Part shown: piece by piece, positions 1 to 9,041 of the stretch
How the letters are laid out: every line of letters begins with the position of its first letter
How positions within the stretch are numbered: position 1 is the first letter of the stretch
NCBI GenBank assembly: GCA_029776065.1
Contig: JARVJP010000009.1
Coordinates: forward strand, 452,514 to 516,513
From: Nitrososphaeria archaeon
GTDB lineage: Archaea > Thermoproteota > Nitrososphaeria > JACIWG01
Reading direction: 5' to 3'
DNA length: 64,000 bases
Notes under the pieces: generated by a model
Told to the model about the DNA's origin: nothing
Database searches by the model: none
The model's input: only the letters and a program-made list of their open reading frames with translations
Program-made: the position numbers and the translations under genes

Positions 1-1041
1 TTATGTTTCTTGGGTCTTTAAACTTCTTTACAACTACCTCATACATCTTCCCATTCTCTTCGAAGATATACTTCTGTGCTACGTTGATTATCTTATCTAC
101 GCCGTCTCCACCAATTTTTTGAGTTCTATAAGCAAATTCACCTGTTATTCCAAGTGCCTCAGCTACCCTCCTGACCCAGGACTTCTCATTGACAAGGAGT
201 GTTCCTTCTGGGACTTCTAGGTACTTTGAAGTGGACTTCAAGTCTTCGAGTGGTGATAGCTTGCTCTGTCTTCTAATCTTAGATTTAAGTTCATTTAGTA
301 TGATGTTGAATCCGACTCTTCCAGAGTATATGTGTGTTGCATAAGATTTCAAGTCTCTCCTGGTTTCTTCTACAGCTGCCTTCAGTTTTCCAACTTTATT
401 AAATTTTTTCACATCAGAGACCCATATCTTGTCTTGGTGAAAAGATATGCTGTTGTTTTCCATGGCAAGTTTTTCAGCTGCCCTTCTAAAACCTCCTAGT
501 GTGAAATCGAGGTTTTGTTTTCTTAATGGTTCACTATAGGTCTTTGTGTAGCTGTATAGTGCAGGTGGATAAAATAGAGCTCTTCTTCTTAGTTTCTCGA
601 AGAGGAAGTATTCGAGTGGAAACTTTATGGTATCTAGTATTGGGTGATACTTCCCGTTAAACTCCATCAATATTTCAAGTATCACCCTCTTCTTGTATTC
701 CACTTCCACCATGTTGAGAAACTCTTTTCCTACTAAGGGCTCGTAAATGTTCAAGAATCTTCCTGAAACGAACTCTCCTAAACCGGATTTTTTAGCGTCG
801 TCAAGAAGCATCTTCTTTTCAATCGTTAGAATTGAGCACATAATAGGTTCCTTAACATATTTGTACCCTATTTTCGCCATGTAATCGCATAGGACAACCA
901 TCATATCGTAGTCGCTGTCTGGTCTAGCGTACCCTGCTGCGTAGGAGCCGTAAATACAGCATGCTAAAACGTTATCTTCCTTGTACTCCTTGAAAATTGC
1001 CTCCAAAATCCTCTCTTTTACTTCATGTTCTATGACCATGT
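1..1041 (-). CDS. Pol-beta-superfamily nucleotidyltransferase domain protein; the C-terminus runs off the window edge
   Basis: Not in the ORF track because no stop lies inside the window. My minus-strand translation from the ATG at 1041 gives MVIEHEVKERILEAIFKEYKEDNVLACCIYGSYAAGYARPDSDYDMMVV..., i.e. the classic GS-x9-DxD minimal nucleotidyltransferase motif. The frame stays open to position 1. Confidence 0.55.
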
Positions 1042-1045
1042 TCAG

Positions 1046-1762
1046 CTACACTATACCTGATTTCTTCTCGATCTCTCTTATCCTTAGGAGAAGAATTGGA
1101 TCAAATTTGATCGTTAGAATCATGTTGACCGGAATCCTGATAACGTTCTCTTCTGGCGGAAGCTCCACTATCGGCTTACCTTTATTTATCCAGTTGTTTA
1201 ATGTCTTGTCTTTTAGCTTAAAATCTTCTAATCCGTTTGCAAACTTCCTTTTGATATTCCTGATAAGTGTTTTATCTGAGTAGATGTACTCTGGTTTTAT
1301 CGCCCTCTCTATGTCTGAGTACATGGCTTCAAAGGTGCTAGTAGAAACCTCGTCTGATATCATTTCAAACTTTGACATCCTTCTAACTAGGTCAATATAA
1401 TGTAACAACTCGTGGGCTAGGACCGTCTTTAACGTGGACTTGGTAGAATACTTCAGAAGTGCTGCTGTTACTTGTACAGCAATATCGAGTCCAGAAGGAG
1501 AGGTATAAGGCAAGGTTCTAGCGTAGTACACAGCTATCCCCCCTGAACTCCCAGAATAGATGGGTAGAATAGGCTCTACATAGTATTCAGGATACATCAG
1601 GCTGGAGGCGTCTTCAACCTCTTGAACACACTTCTCTAAGACCTTCACTCTACCTGGTAGTGTGGAAAGGAATCTTTTGTCAAATAGCTTCTGTATTTGA
1701 GGGTCCTCGAACCTGAATAGCCTATTCAATCTTCTTCCATCTAATACTATAAAATAACGCAT
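1046..1762 (-). CDS. HExxH zinc metallopeptidase-like protein (ImmA/IrrE or DUF955-like)
   Basis: Motif VLAHELLHYIDL in a 238-aa soluble protein. Its stop lies 5 nt upstream of the downstream nucleotidyltransferase start, suggesting an operon. Confidence 0.4.
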   Translation of the reverse strand: MRYFIVLDGRRLNRLFRFEDPQIQKLFDKRFLSTLPGRVKVLEKCVQEVEDASSLMYPEYYVEPILPIYSGSSGGIAVYYARTLPYTSPSGLDIAVQVTAALLKYSTKSTLKTVLAHELLHYIDLVRRMSKFEMISDEVSTSTFEAMYSDIERAIKPEYIYSDKTLIRNIKRKFANGLEDFKLKDKTLNNWINKGKPIVELPPEENVIRIPVNMILTIKFDPILLLRIREIEKKSGIV

Positions 1763-1869
1763 CTATAAAATTATAGAAAGATGCTTCCGGCTAACTATGA
1801 AGCTATACAATGCATTAGTTCTAATACCTTCATGGAATGCTCCATCTTTGTTCTACATCGCTCTTCACG

Positions 1870-2328
1870 TCACTTCATTAAGCTGAACTTTCTCATCGTA
1901 GTTTTCTTCTTCAGTTGAATGAACGTCTCGGTGTGGTTTACTCCAGGTAGTATCGCGATCTTCTTTGAAACAACGCTATAGAGGTCCTCTAAGTTCCTAA
2001 CATTCACTTCTATTAACATGTCAAACCTTCCAGTGACCTCTGAAACTAGCACCACTTCAGGGATCTTTGATATCTCTTCAGCAGCCTTCTCCCTCTCCAA
2101 GGACTCTACGTTCACACCTACGAAGGCCTTCACGTTAAAGCCCAATGCCTCTTCGTTAACCTTTATCGTCATCCTCTGGATTACCCCTTTTCTTATCAAC
2201 CTCTTTACCCTACTGTAGACTTTAGACTGTTTAACACCAAGCTTCTTCGACAACTTTGGGATTGAAGAACCTGCGTTTTCGTAGAGTTCATCTAAAATTT
2301 TTAAATCAAGCTCATCTAATTTCTTCAT
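1870..2328 (-). CDS. lrp: Lrp/AsnC family transcriptional regulator
   Basis: N-terminal HTH (LDELDLKILDELYENAGSSIPKLSKKLGVKQSKVYSRVKRL) plus a C-terminal RAM domain; 152 aa. Confidence 0.85.
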   Translation of the reverse strand: MKKLDELDLKILDELYENAGSSIPKLSKKLGVKQSKVYSRVKRLIRKGVIQRMTIKVNEEALGFNVKAFVGVNVESLEREKAAEEISKIPEVVLVSEVTGRFDMLIEVNVRNLEDLYSVVSKKIAILPGVNHTETFIQLKKKTTMRKFSLMK

Positions 2329-2483
2329 ATTAACCGCTTTACTATAATAAAGGGTAAAATATAAACAAAACGGTTTAAAAAACTAAAAAAGAAGTCAATA
2401 GAATGACCTTTTTATTTATATAAAGCTTATCAGAGCTTTCCTAATTAAATTTAAAGTAAAAAGGAATAGACGACTTGTCCATA

Positions 2484-2497
2484 AAGCTTATATACCG
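2484..2497 (+). promoter_or_regulatory. putative TATA box (AAAGCTTATATACC) for the surface-protein gene
   Basis: AT-rich TATA-like element about 45 nt upstream of the ATG at 2541. A second TTTATTTATATAAAG lies at ~2412 in the divergent region shared with lrp. Confidence 0.3.
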
Positions 2498-2540
2498 ATT
2501 TTTCAGTCTCAAGAATCACACGTAAAGGTGAAAAGACTAA

Positions 2541-4667
2541 ATGAGTAAAATAAAGACAACCATATTGCTAACAATACTTCTCGCTTCCACTTTCACAGCA
2601 TTTCTACCATTCGCAAAAGCATCAACAGGTTACATCATAATACACGACCCTGCTTACCCTCACGAAATTGAAGCCGGTGGCACGGTTACACTCAACTTCA
2701 GTTCAGTAACCTTCTCAGGTGGGCAGTTCTACCTCGTTTGGAGTGCTGACGGTTATTCACAGATCTCTTCAGGAGACTTTAAATTCAGCCCGGTGTTCAA
2801 GGTTTCCGACCTTCATGCTAGTGCATGGACAGAGGTCGGCGACTTCGAAATAGGTTATGATCAAGTTGTTGGTCCTATACCTAAGGAGATTGCTGGCGGA
2901 GAATACTATGTTAAAGCGTTCGACGGTTCAGCCACATCTGTTGCAGTAACCTCTGCACCTCTGATAATACTTCCCAGCTTTGAAGTCGTCCCAGAATGGG
3001 GTCCTGGTGGATGCAGCATTCAGTTGAAGGGTTACGCCTTCTCAGCAAACAATTATGTGAACCTAAGCTACTGGGATCCTGTTGAAGGAGAAGAGGTTAC
3101 GATAAAGAACTTGTACGCAACCGATTCAATAGGAAAGTTCGTCTATAGTATGCTTGCGCCCGATCTAAAGCTTGTTGTAGACGCTGATGAAAACCTTGTC
3201 GAAGACTACATAGAGACTATAACCTTCTATGCCTTAGACAACAAGACAGGTTATCCTACATCATTTGATTGGGACGAATATCCTAGGGGTCTAATCCAAG
3301 TTGACGATATAACTGCAGACTGGGAGGATGGCTACCTATTCGGAAACGAAACATACTTCAACGACTGGTATGGCCTAGAAGTTGAAGTCTTCGAGGAGCT
3401 TGTTATCGCAGGGAACTACTTCCATCCCGGAAACGTCACCTTCTGGTTCGATGGATCGAAATACATGGGTTCTGTGGCAGCAAACCAGACAGGCTTCTTC
3501 AACACAACAGTAACGATACCTGAGACAAGCGTAGGAGAACACTATATTCTAATTAAAGATGCTGGATTAAAGTTCGTCTTATACCTAGATGTCATACCAA
3601 CGCTAGTCCTCGAGCCGTCTAAAGGCCCTGTTGGAACAGTCGTTACAGTTAAAGCGTACGGCTTCCCAGAGAAGATACTGGTCCTTATATGGTGGTACGA
3701 GAAGTCATACGGCGAAGATGAGTGGTATAACTTCGTTAATGGCACGACAGGCACCGATGGTAAATTCAACGTCACAGTTAAGTTTACGGTGCCACACGCT
3801 TACGGTGGAGACCACATAGTCGAAGCAGACGATATAGATGGCAATTGGATTGCTGAAACAACCTTCACAATAACTCCTACAATGTGGATCGAGCCAGCGA
3901 CCTTCACAAACGACGGTTCACTTGTCACAGTTTACGGTACAGGCTTTGACCCGACAATAGGCTACACGCCTAATATCGACAACAACTATCTAGCTGTTGA
4001 CCCCCAGAACTGGGACTATCCATCATCTGTATACGCTAACGAAACAGGCGATCTCAATCTAAAGTTCGTAGCCGCTGGTTTCGCAGCAGGCGTACACGTG
4101 TTCTCAATGTATGCTGGTGGTGAGCTAGAACCATCATTCATCCTATTCACTGTAACAGGCACCTCACCAGATACCCAAGCAATATTAGCCAAACTCAATG
4201 CCACATCCACAGACTTAACGACAAAGTTAAACTCGCTGATCAACTCTGTAGGGTCTCTATCATCTGCTATCAGCGCTCTGAACTCACTACTATCTAAGGG
4301 TGTCTTAGATATTAGGAATGATATAGTTGGAGTGAAGAATGACGTTGCGATGCTATCAGAGGCTACAACAAAGGGCTTCAACAGCGTCAACAGTGCACTA
4401 GGAACATTAAGCTCTGGAATAAACAGCCTAGGTCAACAACTATCTGGTAAGATAGACAACGTAGGCAGCAGCGTCAACAACGTCGGCAAGGCAGTAACCG
4501 ATAACGCCAACAGCATAATGTCCGCTATACAGAGCCAGCAGACAGCTTTATCACAGGACATCAAATCTTCCGTCGGAGATCTATCAACATTCCTGATAAT
4601 AATCGGAATACTAGCAGCAATAGTATTGGTTGTTGAAGTAGCAATTTTGATAAGAAGGCTATCATAA
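2541..4667 (+). CDS. large secreted cell-surface (S-layer-like) glycoprotein with a C-terminal TM anchor
   Basis: N-terminal signal peptide MSKIKTTILLTILLASTFTAFLPFAKA|S. At least 11 N-x-S/T sequons. A Ser/Asn/Leu-rich heptad-like stalk (LNSLINSVGSLSSAISALNSLLSKG...). A C-terminal hydrophobic anchor LIIIGILAAIVLVVEVAILIRRLS. Confidence 0.55.
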   Translation: MSKIKTTILLTILLASTFTAFLPFAKASTGYIIIHDPAYPHEIEAGGTVTLNFSSVTFSGGQFYLVWSADGYSQISSGDFKFSPVFKVSDLHASAWTEVGDFEIGYDQVVGPIPKEIAGGEYYVKAFDGSATSVAVTSAPLIILPSFEVVPEWGPGGCSIQLKGYAFSANNYVNLSYWDPVEGEEVTIKNLYATDSIGKFVYSMLAPDLKLVVDADENLVEDYIETITFYALDNKTGYPTSFDWDEYPRGLIQVDDITADWEDGYLFGNETYFNDWYGLEVEVFEELVIAGNYFHPGNVTFWFDGSKYMGSVAANQTGFFNTTVTIPETSVGEHYILIKDAGLKFVLYLDVIPTLVLEPSKGPVGTVVTVKAYGFPEKILVLIWWYEKSYGEDEWYNFVNGTTGTDGKFNVTVKFTVPHAYGGDHIVEADDIDGNWIAETTFTITPTMWIEPATFTNDGSLVTVYGTGFDPTIGYTPNIDNNYLAVDPQNWDYPSSVYANETGDLNLKFVAAGFAAGVHVFSMYAGGELEPSFILFTVTGTSPDTQAILAKLNATSTDLTTKLNSLINSVGSLSSAISALNSLLSKGVLDIRNDIVGVKNDVAMLSEATTKGFNSVNSALGTLSSGINSLGQQLSGKIDNVGSSVNNVGKAVTDNANSIMSAIQSQQTALSQDIKSSVGDLSTFLIIIGILAAIVLVVEVAILIRRLS

Positions 4668-4733
4668 GTAGCCTTCACACCTTTCTTTTTATTAAAAAAC
4701 TTTTATATAGTGATTTTATATCCACTTTCTTAG

Positions 4734-4958
4734 GTGCAATATATGGGAAGAATAACGATTCTAACCGGTTTCTCTCTTCTAGGCTTCGCAGTGGGATTTA
4801 TCGCATACCTCTTAGCCCCTGACCTCATACAGTTTTTGGTGAAAGCCCTTCCGATGATCTTCTCCAACGAAGCAATAGCTGGCGCTTTCCTATCAGGGCT
4901 AGCGGGAGCGATAATCATGGACATCACGATAATACTCTGGTCATATCTGTCAAAGTAG
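4734..4958 (+). CDS. small two-TM membrane protein (hypothetical)
   Basis: 74-aa ORF with two hydrophobic helices. An overlapping minus-strand ORF is judged less likely. Confidence 0.25.
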   Translation: MQYMGRITILTGFSLLGFAVGFIAYLLAPDLIQFLVKALPMIFSNEAIAGAFLSGLAGAIIMDITIILWSYLSK

Positions 4959-6200
4959 TTAGGAGAGAAGCTTCTTTTCTATTTTTGCTTGGATCACGTG
5001 CTTCCCCTCAACAGGTATGCTCGTGTTTTGAAGTACCTTGAACGTGAGCTCACTCCTTCTCGCAGCCCCTGATAACGCGAAAAGCCATATCGTAGCTGGT
5101 AACCCCTTAGAGGTCATAGGAGCCTCTAGAGTGTAGAGCCTCGTTAGAGGATCATACCTTGTTGAAGAGTTTCCTCCTAAGCTTTCCGACATCAACGCTG
5201 ATAAAACAGGCTGCTGTATCTCGAATGCCTTGCTGAACAGATCTACTTGAAGTGAGGTGGCTAGGTTATCAACGAACCTCTCCCCGATTTGGTAGAGGGT
5301 TTCCTCGTCTAAGACCGTCTCAGCGACCGCTTGAACGAAAGCCTCGTAAACCTTCTCTTCACCCGAATAAAGGTTTATCAGGTCCTCTCCACCAAGTTGG
5401 ACTATCTGGAATGCTTTCTTCCAGTTCAATGACCTTCTGTAGAACCCTACTACAACCTCCTTTGCCAGCTTACAAACCTCTCTGTCTTCTATTTCAGCTA
5501 TCCTCCCAGACTCCCCAAGGAGTACTGTCACGCTCTCGTCGAAGACCATCATGTTCACTTCGATACTTCTGCCTGTTACCCTAATATCCACCTTCGGATC
5601 GAACGCCTCCAACGTCTTCTCGTCGTTGTAAGCTCTAATCACGATCTTCACATTAGCCTCTTTCGAAAGGCTGTTGAGGGCTTCGACGTTCGCAGCTATG
5701 GTATTCAACCCCCACCAGTTCAAGCATGCGAAAAAGCTCCTTGTTGTATTGGAAAGCATTTCACCGAGCCTTTTCTCAAAAACTTTAGGATTATATACCC
5801 TGTATTTTCTTTCCTCGCAGTCGGTGAACAGAGGCAGGTCTCTTCGCAGTTCTTGCATCTTCTTAAACGTGAGAATCATCTTCTTAAACCTCCTTTTCTC
5901 TTGATTAAGCCTCTTTGCAAACACGTCCTCAGGCATCACTGGGCTACAGAACACAGGGTCCTTTCCTAATATCTCAACTAGACCCTTCCCCTTTAAGGCT
6001 TTTACCACGCCGTAAACCTTTGTCCTTGGAACACCTGATTTTATTGAGATATCCTTCACTTTCAAATGGCCAAACTTTAGCAGTGTAATGTAAACTCTGG
6101 ACTCGTATTCGCTTAAGCCAAACTCCTCTAAGGAAATGTTTTCATCCCCTACACCTGCCACTGTCACCGTCACCTCTGTCACTCTGGTTACAGCTAACAC
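4959..6200 (-). CDS. TrmB family transcriptional regulator
   Basis: N-terminal TrmB-type winged HTH (LSEYESRVYITLLKFGHLKVKDISIKSGVPRTKVYGVVKALKGKGLVE) followed by a long C-terminal effector-like domain. Confidence 0.75.
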   Translation of the reverse strand: MLAVTRVTEVTVTVAGVGDENISLEEFGLSEYESRVYITLLKFGHLKVKDISIKSGVPRTKVYGVVKALKGKGLVEILGKDPVFCSPVMPEDVFAKRLNQEKRRFKKMILTFKKMQELRRDLPLFTDCEERKYRVYNPKVFEKRLGEMLSNTTRSFFACLNWWGLNTIAANVEALNSLSKEANVKIVIRAYNDEKTLEAFDPKVDIRVTGRSIEVNMMVFDESVTVLLGESGRIAEIEDREVCKLAKEVVVGFYRRSLNWKKAFQIVQLGGEDLINLYSGEEKVYEAFVQAVAETVLDEETLYQIGERFVDNLATSLQVDLFSKAFEIQQPVLSALMSESLGGNSSTRYDPLTRLYTLEAPMTSKGLPATIWLFALSGAARRSELTFKVLQNTSIPVEGKHVIQAKIEKKLLS

Positions 6201-6255
6201 GGTAACATATAGAATAATAACAGAATGTTAGAGATTTAAGACTCAGTGGTAAAAA

Positions 6256-6894
6256 ATGTCTAACTTCGGACAAAGGTGGGTTAAAGAACAGAAGCCAGGT
6301 ATGGGTGACAAGGTTAGAGAGGCTATAAGGCCCTCTGGCCCGCTAAAACCAAGATTAGAGGACGCTATACGAGCTATACAGACGCAAATCGCTCGACTTG
6401 ACGCTACTGCAACAAAGTTGAAGGAGAGAGATGCCGCGATATTCAACAAGGTCGTCACCGCGATCCAAAAGCACGACACTCAGCATGCTAGTGTTTACGC
6501 TAACGAGCTCGCAGAAGTTCGCAAAATGAACAAGATGGTTACTTCATCAAAGCTCGCTTTAGAGCAGATTGTACTTAGGCTCAACACTGTAACAGAACTA
6601 GGAGATATAGTGGTCACGTTAGCTCCTGCGATGTCTGTTATCAGAAGTGTTAAGTCAGGCATAATAAGCGTACTACCTGAGGCAGAAAGGGAGATCAACG
6701 AGATAAGTGGCCTATTGAGCAGTATACTAGTTGACGCAGGCCAAGTAAGCGGATCTACACTGAACTTCGAAGCCGCAAACGAAGACGCAGAGAAGATACT
6801 TGCAGAGGCCTCAGCAGTAGCAGAGCAGAGGATGAAGGACAAGTTCCCAGAGCTTCCTACAGGCGTTCCTACAGGAGAATCGACTTTCACATAA
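6256..6894 (+). CDS. cdvB: ESCRT-III / Snf7 family protein (CdvB paralogue)
   Basis: 212 aa, predicted helical Snf7-like core. It is clearly paralogous to the next ORF: KLKERDAAIFNKVVTAIQKHDTQHASVYANELAEVRKMNKMVTSSKLALEQIVLRLNTVTELGDIVV aligns with RLETRREKLFNLTVKALETKDQLHAKVYATEHGELKRVIKVVTMSELALTQIVIRLESILDTGDVIA. Confidence 0.7.
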   Translation: MSNFGQRWVKEQKPGMGDKVREAIRPSGPLKPRLEDAIRAIQTQIARLDATATKLKERDAAIFNKVVTAIQKHDTQHASVYANELAEVRKMNKMVTSSKLALEQIVLRLNTVTELGDIVVTLAPAMSVIRSVKSGIISVLPEAEREINEISGLLSSILVDAGQVSGSTLNFEAANEDAEKILAEASAVAEQRMKDKFPELPTGVPTGESTFT

Positions 6895-6967
6895 GCACCT
6901 TGGGTTGAAGACGGTTTGCTTAAACCTGAGGAAGGTTTGGTGACCGTCTTCTCCACGTCTTGTTTTT

Positions 6968-7825
6968 TTGGTGGTTTGGTTGAACTGGAGAATTTGGAGG
7001 AGTAATAATAGTACGAAATCTACGCGCGAACGTATTGTAGAAGCTATGCGTTCTATTGAAGTTTATAGAAAGGAACTTGATACCATAAAAAGACGCTTGG
7101 AAACGAGGCGTGAAAAACTCTTTAATTTGACTGTGAAAGCCTTGGAGACGAAGGATCAGCTTCACGCCAAAGTTTATGCGACTGAACATGGGGAGCTTAA
7201 ACGCGTTATAAAGGTCGTTACTATGAGTGAGTTAGCGCTTACGCAGATAGTGATACGGCTTGAAAGTATTTTAGACACGGGGGATGTAATCGCGCAGGTG
7301 TCATCTGCTTTCCGCGTTGTTAAGAAGACAGGGGAAGAAATCAAATCTATTATGCCACAACTGGAGAGCACATTGCAAGAAGTGAACAATGTTTTGACCG
7401 ACACTATGGCTAGCCTGCAACAGGTGAGCCCTGAGAGTTCCATCGTATTAGACGTAAGTCAAGGAGAAGAGATACTGGAGTCTGCGAAGAGGTACGTTGA
7501 AGAAAGGATAAACACTTTAGAAGAGCCGATACCGGAAACGATACAGGCGAGCCCAGGCAAGTATTCGCTTGATAAGATTCAAAACATAGTTTTACTGGCT
7601 ACTGGGGAGGATGACGAGGAACCCTTTAAAGCGACTCTTCTGAATGCGCCTCATCCAACACCGGATCAAGCGGATTTAGATGAGAAGGTCTTAGACTATA
7701 TGAAGGTGAAGGAAACGTATAATGTCGTAGAGATCGCGACAAGTCTTGGTGTGCCTGTTGAAAAGGTTGAACAGTCTATATTTCGTTTAGCTTCCACTGG
7801 GAGGATCAGGATAGGAGATGATTAA
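6968..7825 (+). CDS. cdvB: ESCRT-III / CdvB with a C-terminal winged-helix-like tail
   Basis: Snf7-like core plus a C-terminal VLDYMKVKETYNVVEIATSLGVPVEKVEQSIFRLASTGRIRIGDD (wH-like, as in CdvB). The track start is TTG; the true start may be the ATG at 7046 (MRSIEVYRKEL). Confidence 0.7.
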   Translation: MVVWLNWRIWRSNNSTKSTRERIVEAMRSIEVYRKELDTIKRRLETRREKLFNLTVKALETKDQLHAKVYATEHGELKRVIKVVTMSELALTQIVIRLESILDTGDVIAQVSSAFRVVKKTGEEIKSIMPQLESTLQEVNNVLTDTMASLQQVSPESSIVLDVSQGEEILESAKRYVEERINTLEEPIPETIQASPGKYSLDKIQNIVLLATGEDDEEPFKATLLNAPHPTPDQADLDEKVLDYMKVKETYNVVEIATSLGVPVEKVEQSIFRLASTGRIRIGDD

Positions 7826-7827
7826 TT

Positions 7828-9018
7828 TTGAGTAATCAAGCAGCAAAAGAACTTGAAGACTCAGCTTATAGTTACGCGTCACAAGCAATAAAAATGGACT
7901 CCCAAGGTTCTTATGGTTCTGCGATAACATATTACCAGAAGGCCATTACTACCTTGATTAGACTTGCACAGCTCTATCCTGATTATAAACTTAACAGGAT
8001 GTATCTTGAGAGGGCTGCTGCCTATCAAGAGAGAGTAAAGGCTTTGCAGGCTGCTAGAGGAGCTGCGCCACCCATTGAATCGATGTCGAGCGATGTTTCT
8101 GGTCCAGCTTCATCTCCTTCAGCGAGGCCGGTTGAAACCCTGAAAGCAACATTCGACGAGCTCGTGATAAAGGAAAAACCTAATGTGAAGTGGGAGGAAG
8201 TAATAGGGATAGAGGATGCGAAAAGGGCAATAAAAGAGTCAATAATCTTCCCTGTAAAGAGGCCTGATCTCTTCCCCCTAGGCTGGCCTCGTGGGATGCT
8301 TCTCTACGGACCTCCAGGCTGTGGTAAAACCATGCTTGCTGCGGCTGCTGCCAGCGAAATTGAAGGCTACTTCTTAACCGTTGATGCTGCTTCAATAATG
8401 TCTAAATGGCTTGGGGAAGCGGAAAAGAACGTTGCTAAGCTCTTCAACTATGCCCGTAAACTTTTAGATGATAACGGCCCTGTGCTGATCTTTATAGATG
8501 AACTAGACTCGCTTCTGGGGGCACGCTCCCAAGAAGTGGGTGGGGAAATAAGGGTTAGAAATCAGTTCCTGAAGGAGATGGATGGTATCATGGATAAAGG
8601 GAAGACCATACAACTTTATGTAATTGGTGCGACAAACAAACCTTGGTCACTAGACTCACCGTTCTTAAGACGTTTCCAAAAGAGGATATACGTTCCCCTG
8701 CCTGATCTTAAGGCGAGACTTGAAATGTTCAAGCTTTACACCGCCCCTCTTAAACTCGATGCAACTGTAGACCTTAACCAACTTGCAAAACTTACAGAAG
8801 GATATTCGGGGAGCGATATAAGGGACATATGTCAATCGGTTCAATTAAGGGTCGTATCTGAACTGTTCGAGTCAGGTGCTGCGGTCGATAAGAACTCCCA
8901 AACTAGGGAGATTAAGATGCAGGACTTTAAGGAGGTCTTAAGGTTTAGGAGACCTAGCGTATCCTCTGAAATGTTGCGTGCCTATATTACTTGGACCGAA
9001 AACTTTAAGGCTCTATAA
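7828..9018 (+). CDS. cdvC: Vps4-like AAA+ ATPase CdvC (MIT domain plus AAA)
   Basis: N-terminal MIT domain (AITYYQKAITTLIRLAQLYPD...), Walker A LLYGPPGCGKTMLA, Walker B IFIDELD. It sits 3 nt after the CdvB stop. Confidence 0.9.
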   Translation: MSNQAAKELEDSAYSYASQAIKMDSQGSYGSAITYYQKAITTLIRLAQLYPDYKLNRMYLERAAAYQERVKALQAARGAAPPIESMSSDVSGPASSPSARPVETLKATFDELVIKEKPNVKWEEVIGIEDAKRAIKESIIFPVKRPDLFPLGWPRGMLLYGPPGCGKTMLAAAAASEIEGYFLTVDAASIMSKWLGEAEKNVAKLFNYARKLLDDNGPVLIFIDELDSLLGARSQEVGGEIRVRNQFLKEMDGIMDKGKTIQLYVIGATNKPWSLDSPFLRRFQKRIYVPLPDLKARLEMFKLYTAPLKLDATVDLNQLAKLTEGYSGSDIRDICQSVQLRVVSELFESGAAVDKNSQTREIKMQDFKEVLRFRRPSVSSEMLRAYITWTENFKAL

Positions 9019-9041
9019 TAGATGGAGCCTAAAACTTGTTT

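Noticed and set aside
981-1283. 100-aa plus-strand ORF
   Set aside because: It lies antisense to the junction of the NTase and peptidase genes; a likely artefact.
3542-4678. several 60-124 aa ORFs on both strands inside 2541..4667
   Set aside because: They are fully embedded in the large surface-protein gene, whose frame is continuous and carries coherent domain features.
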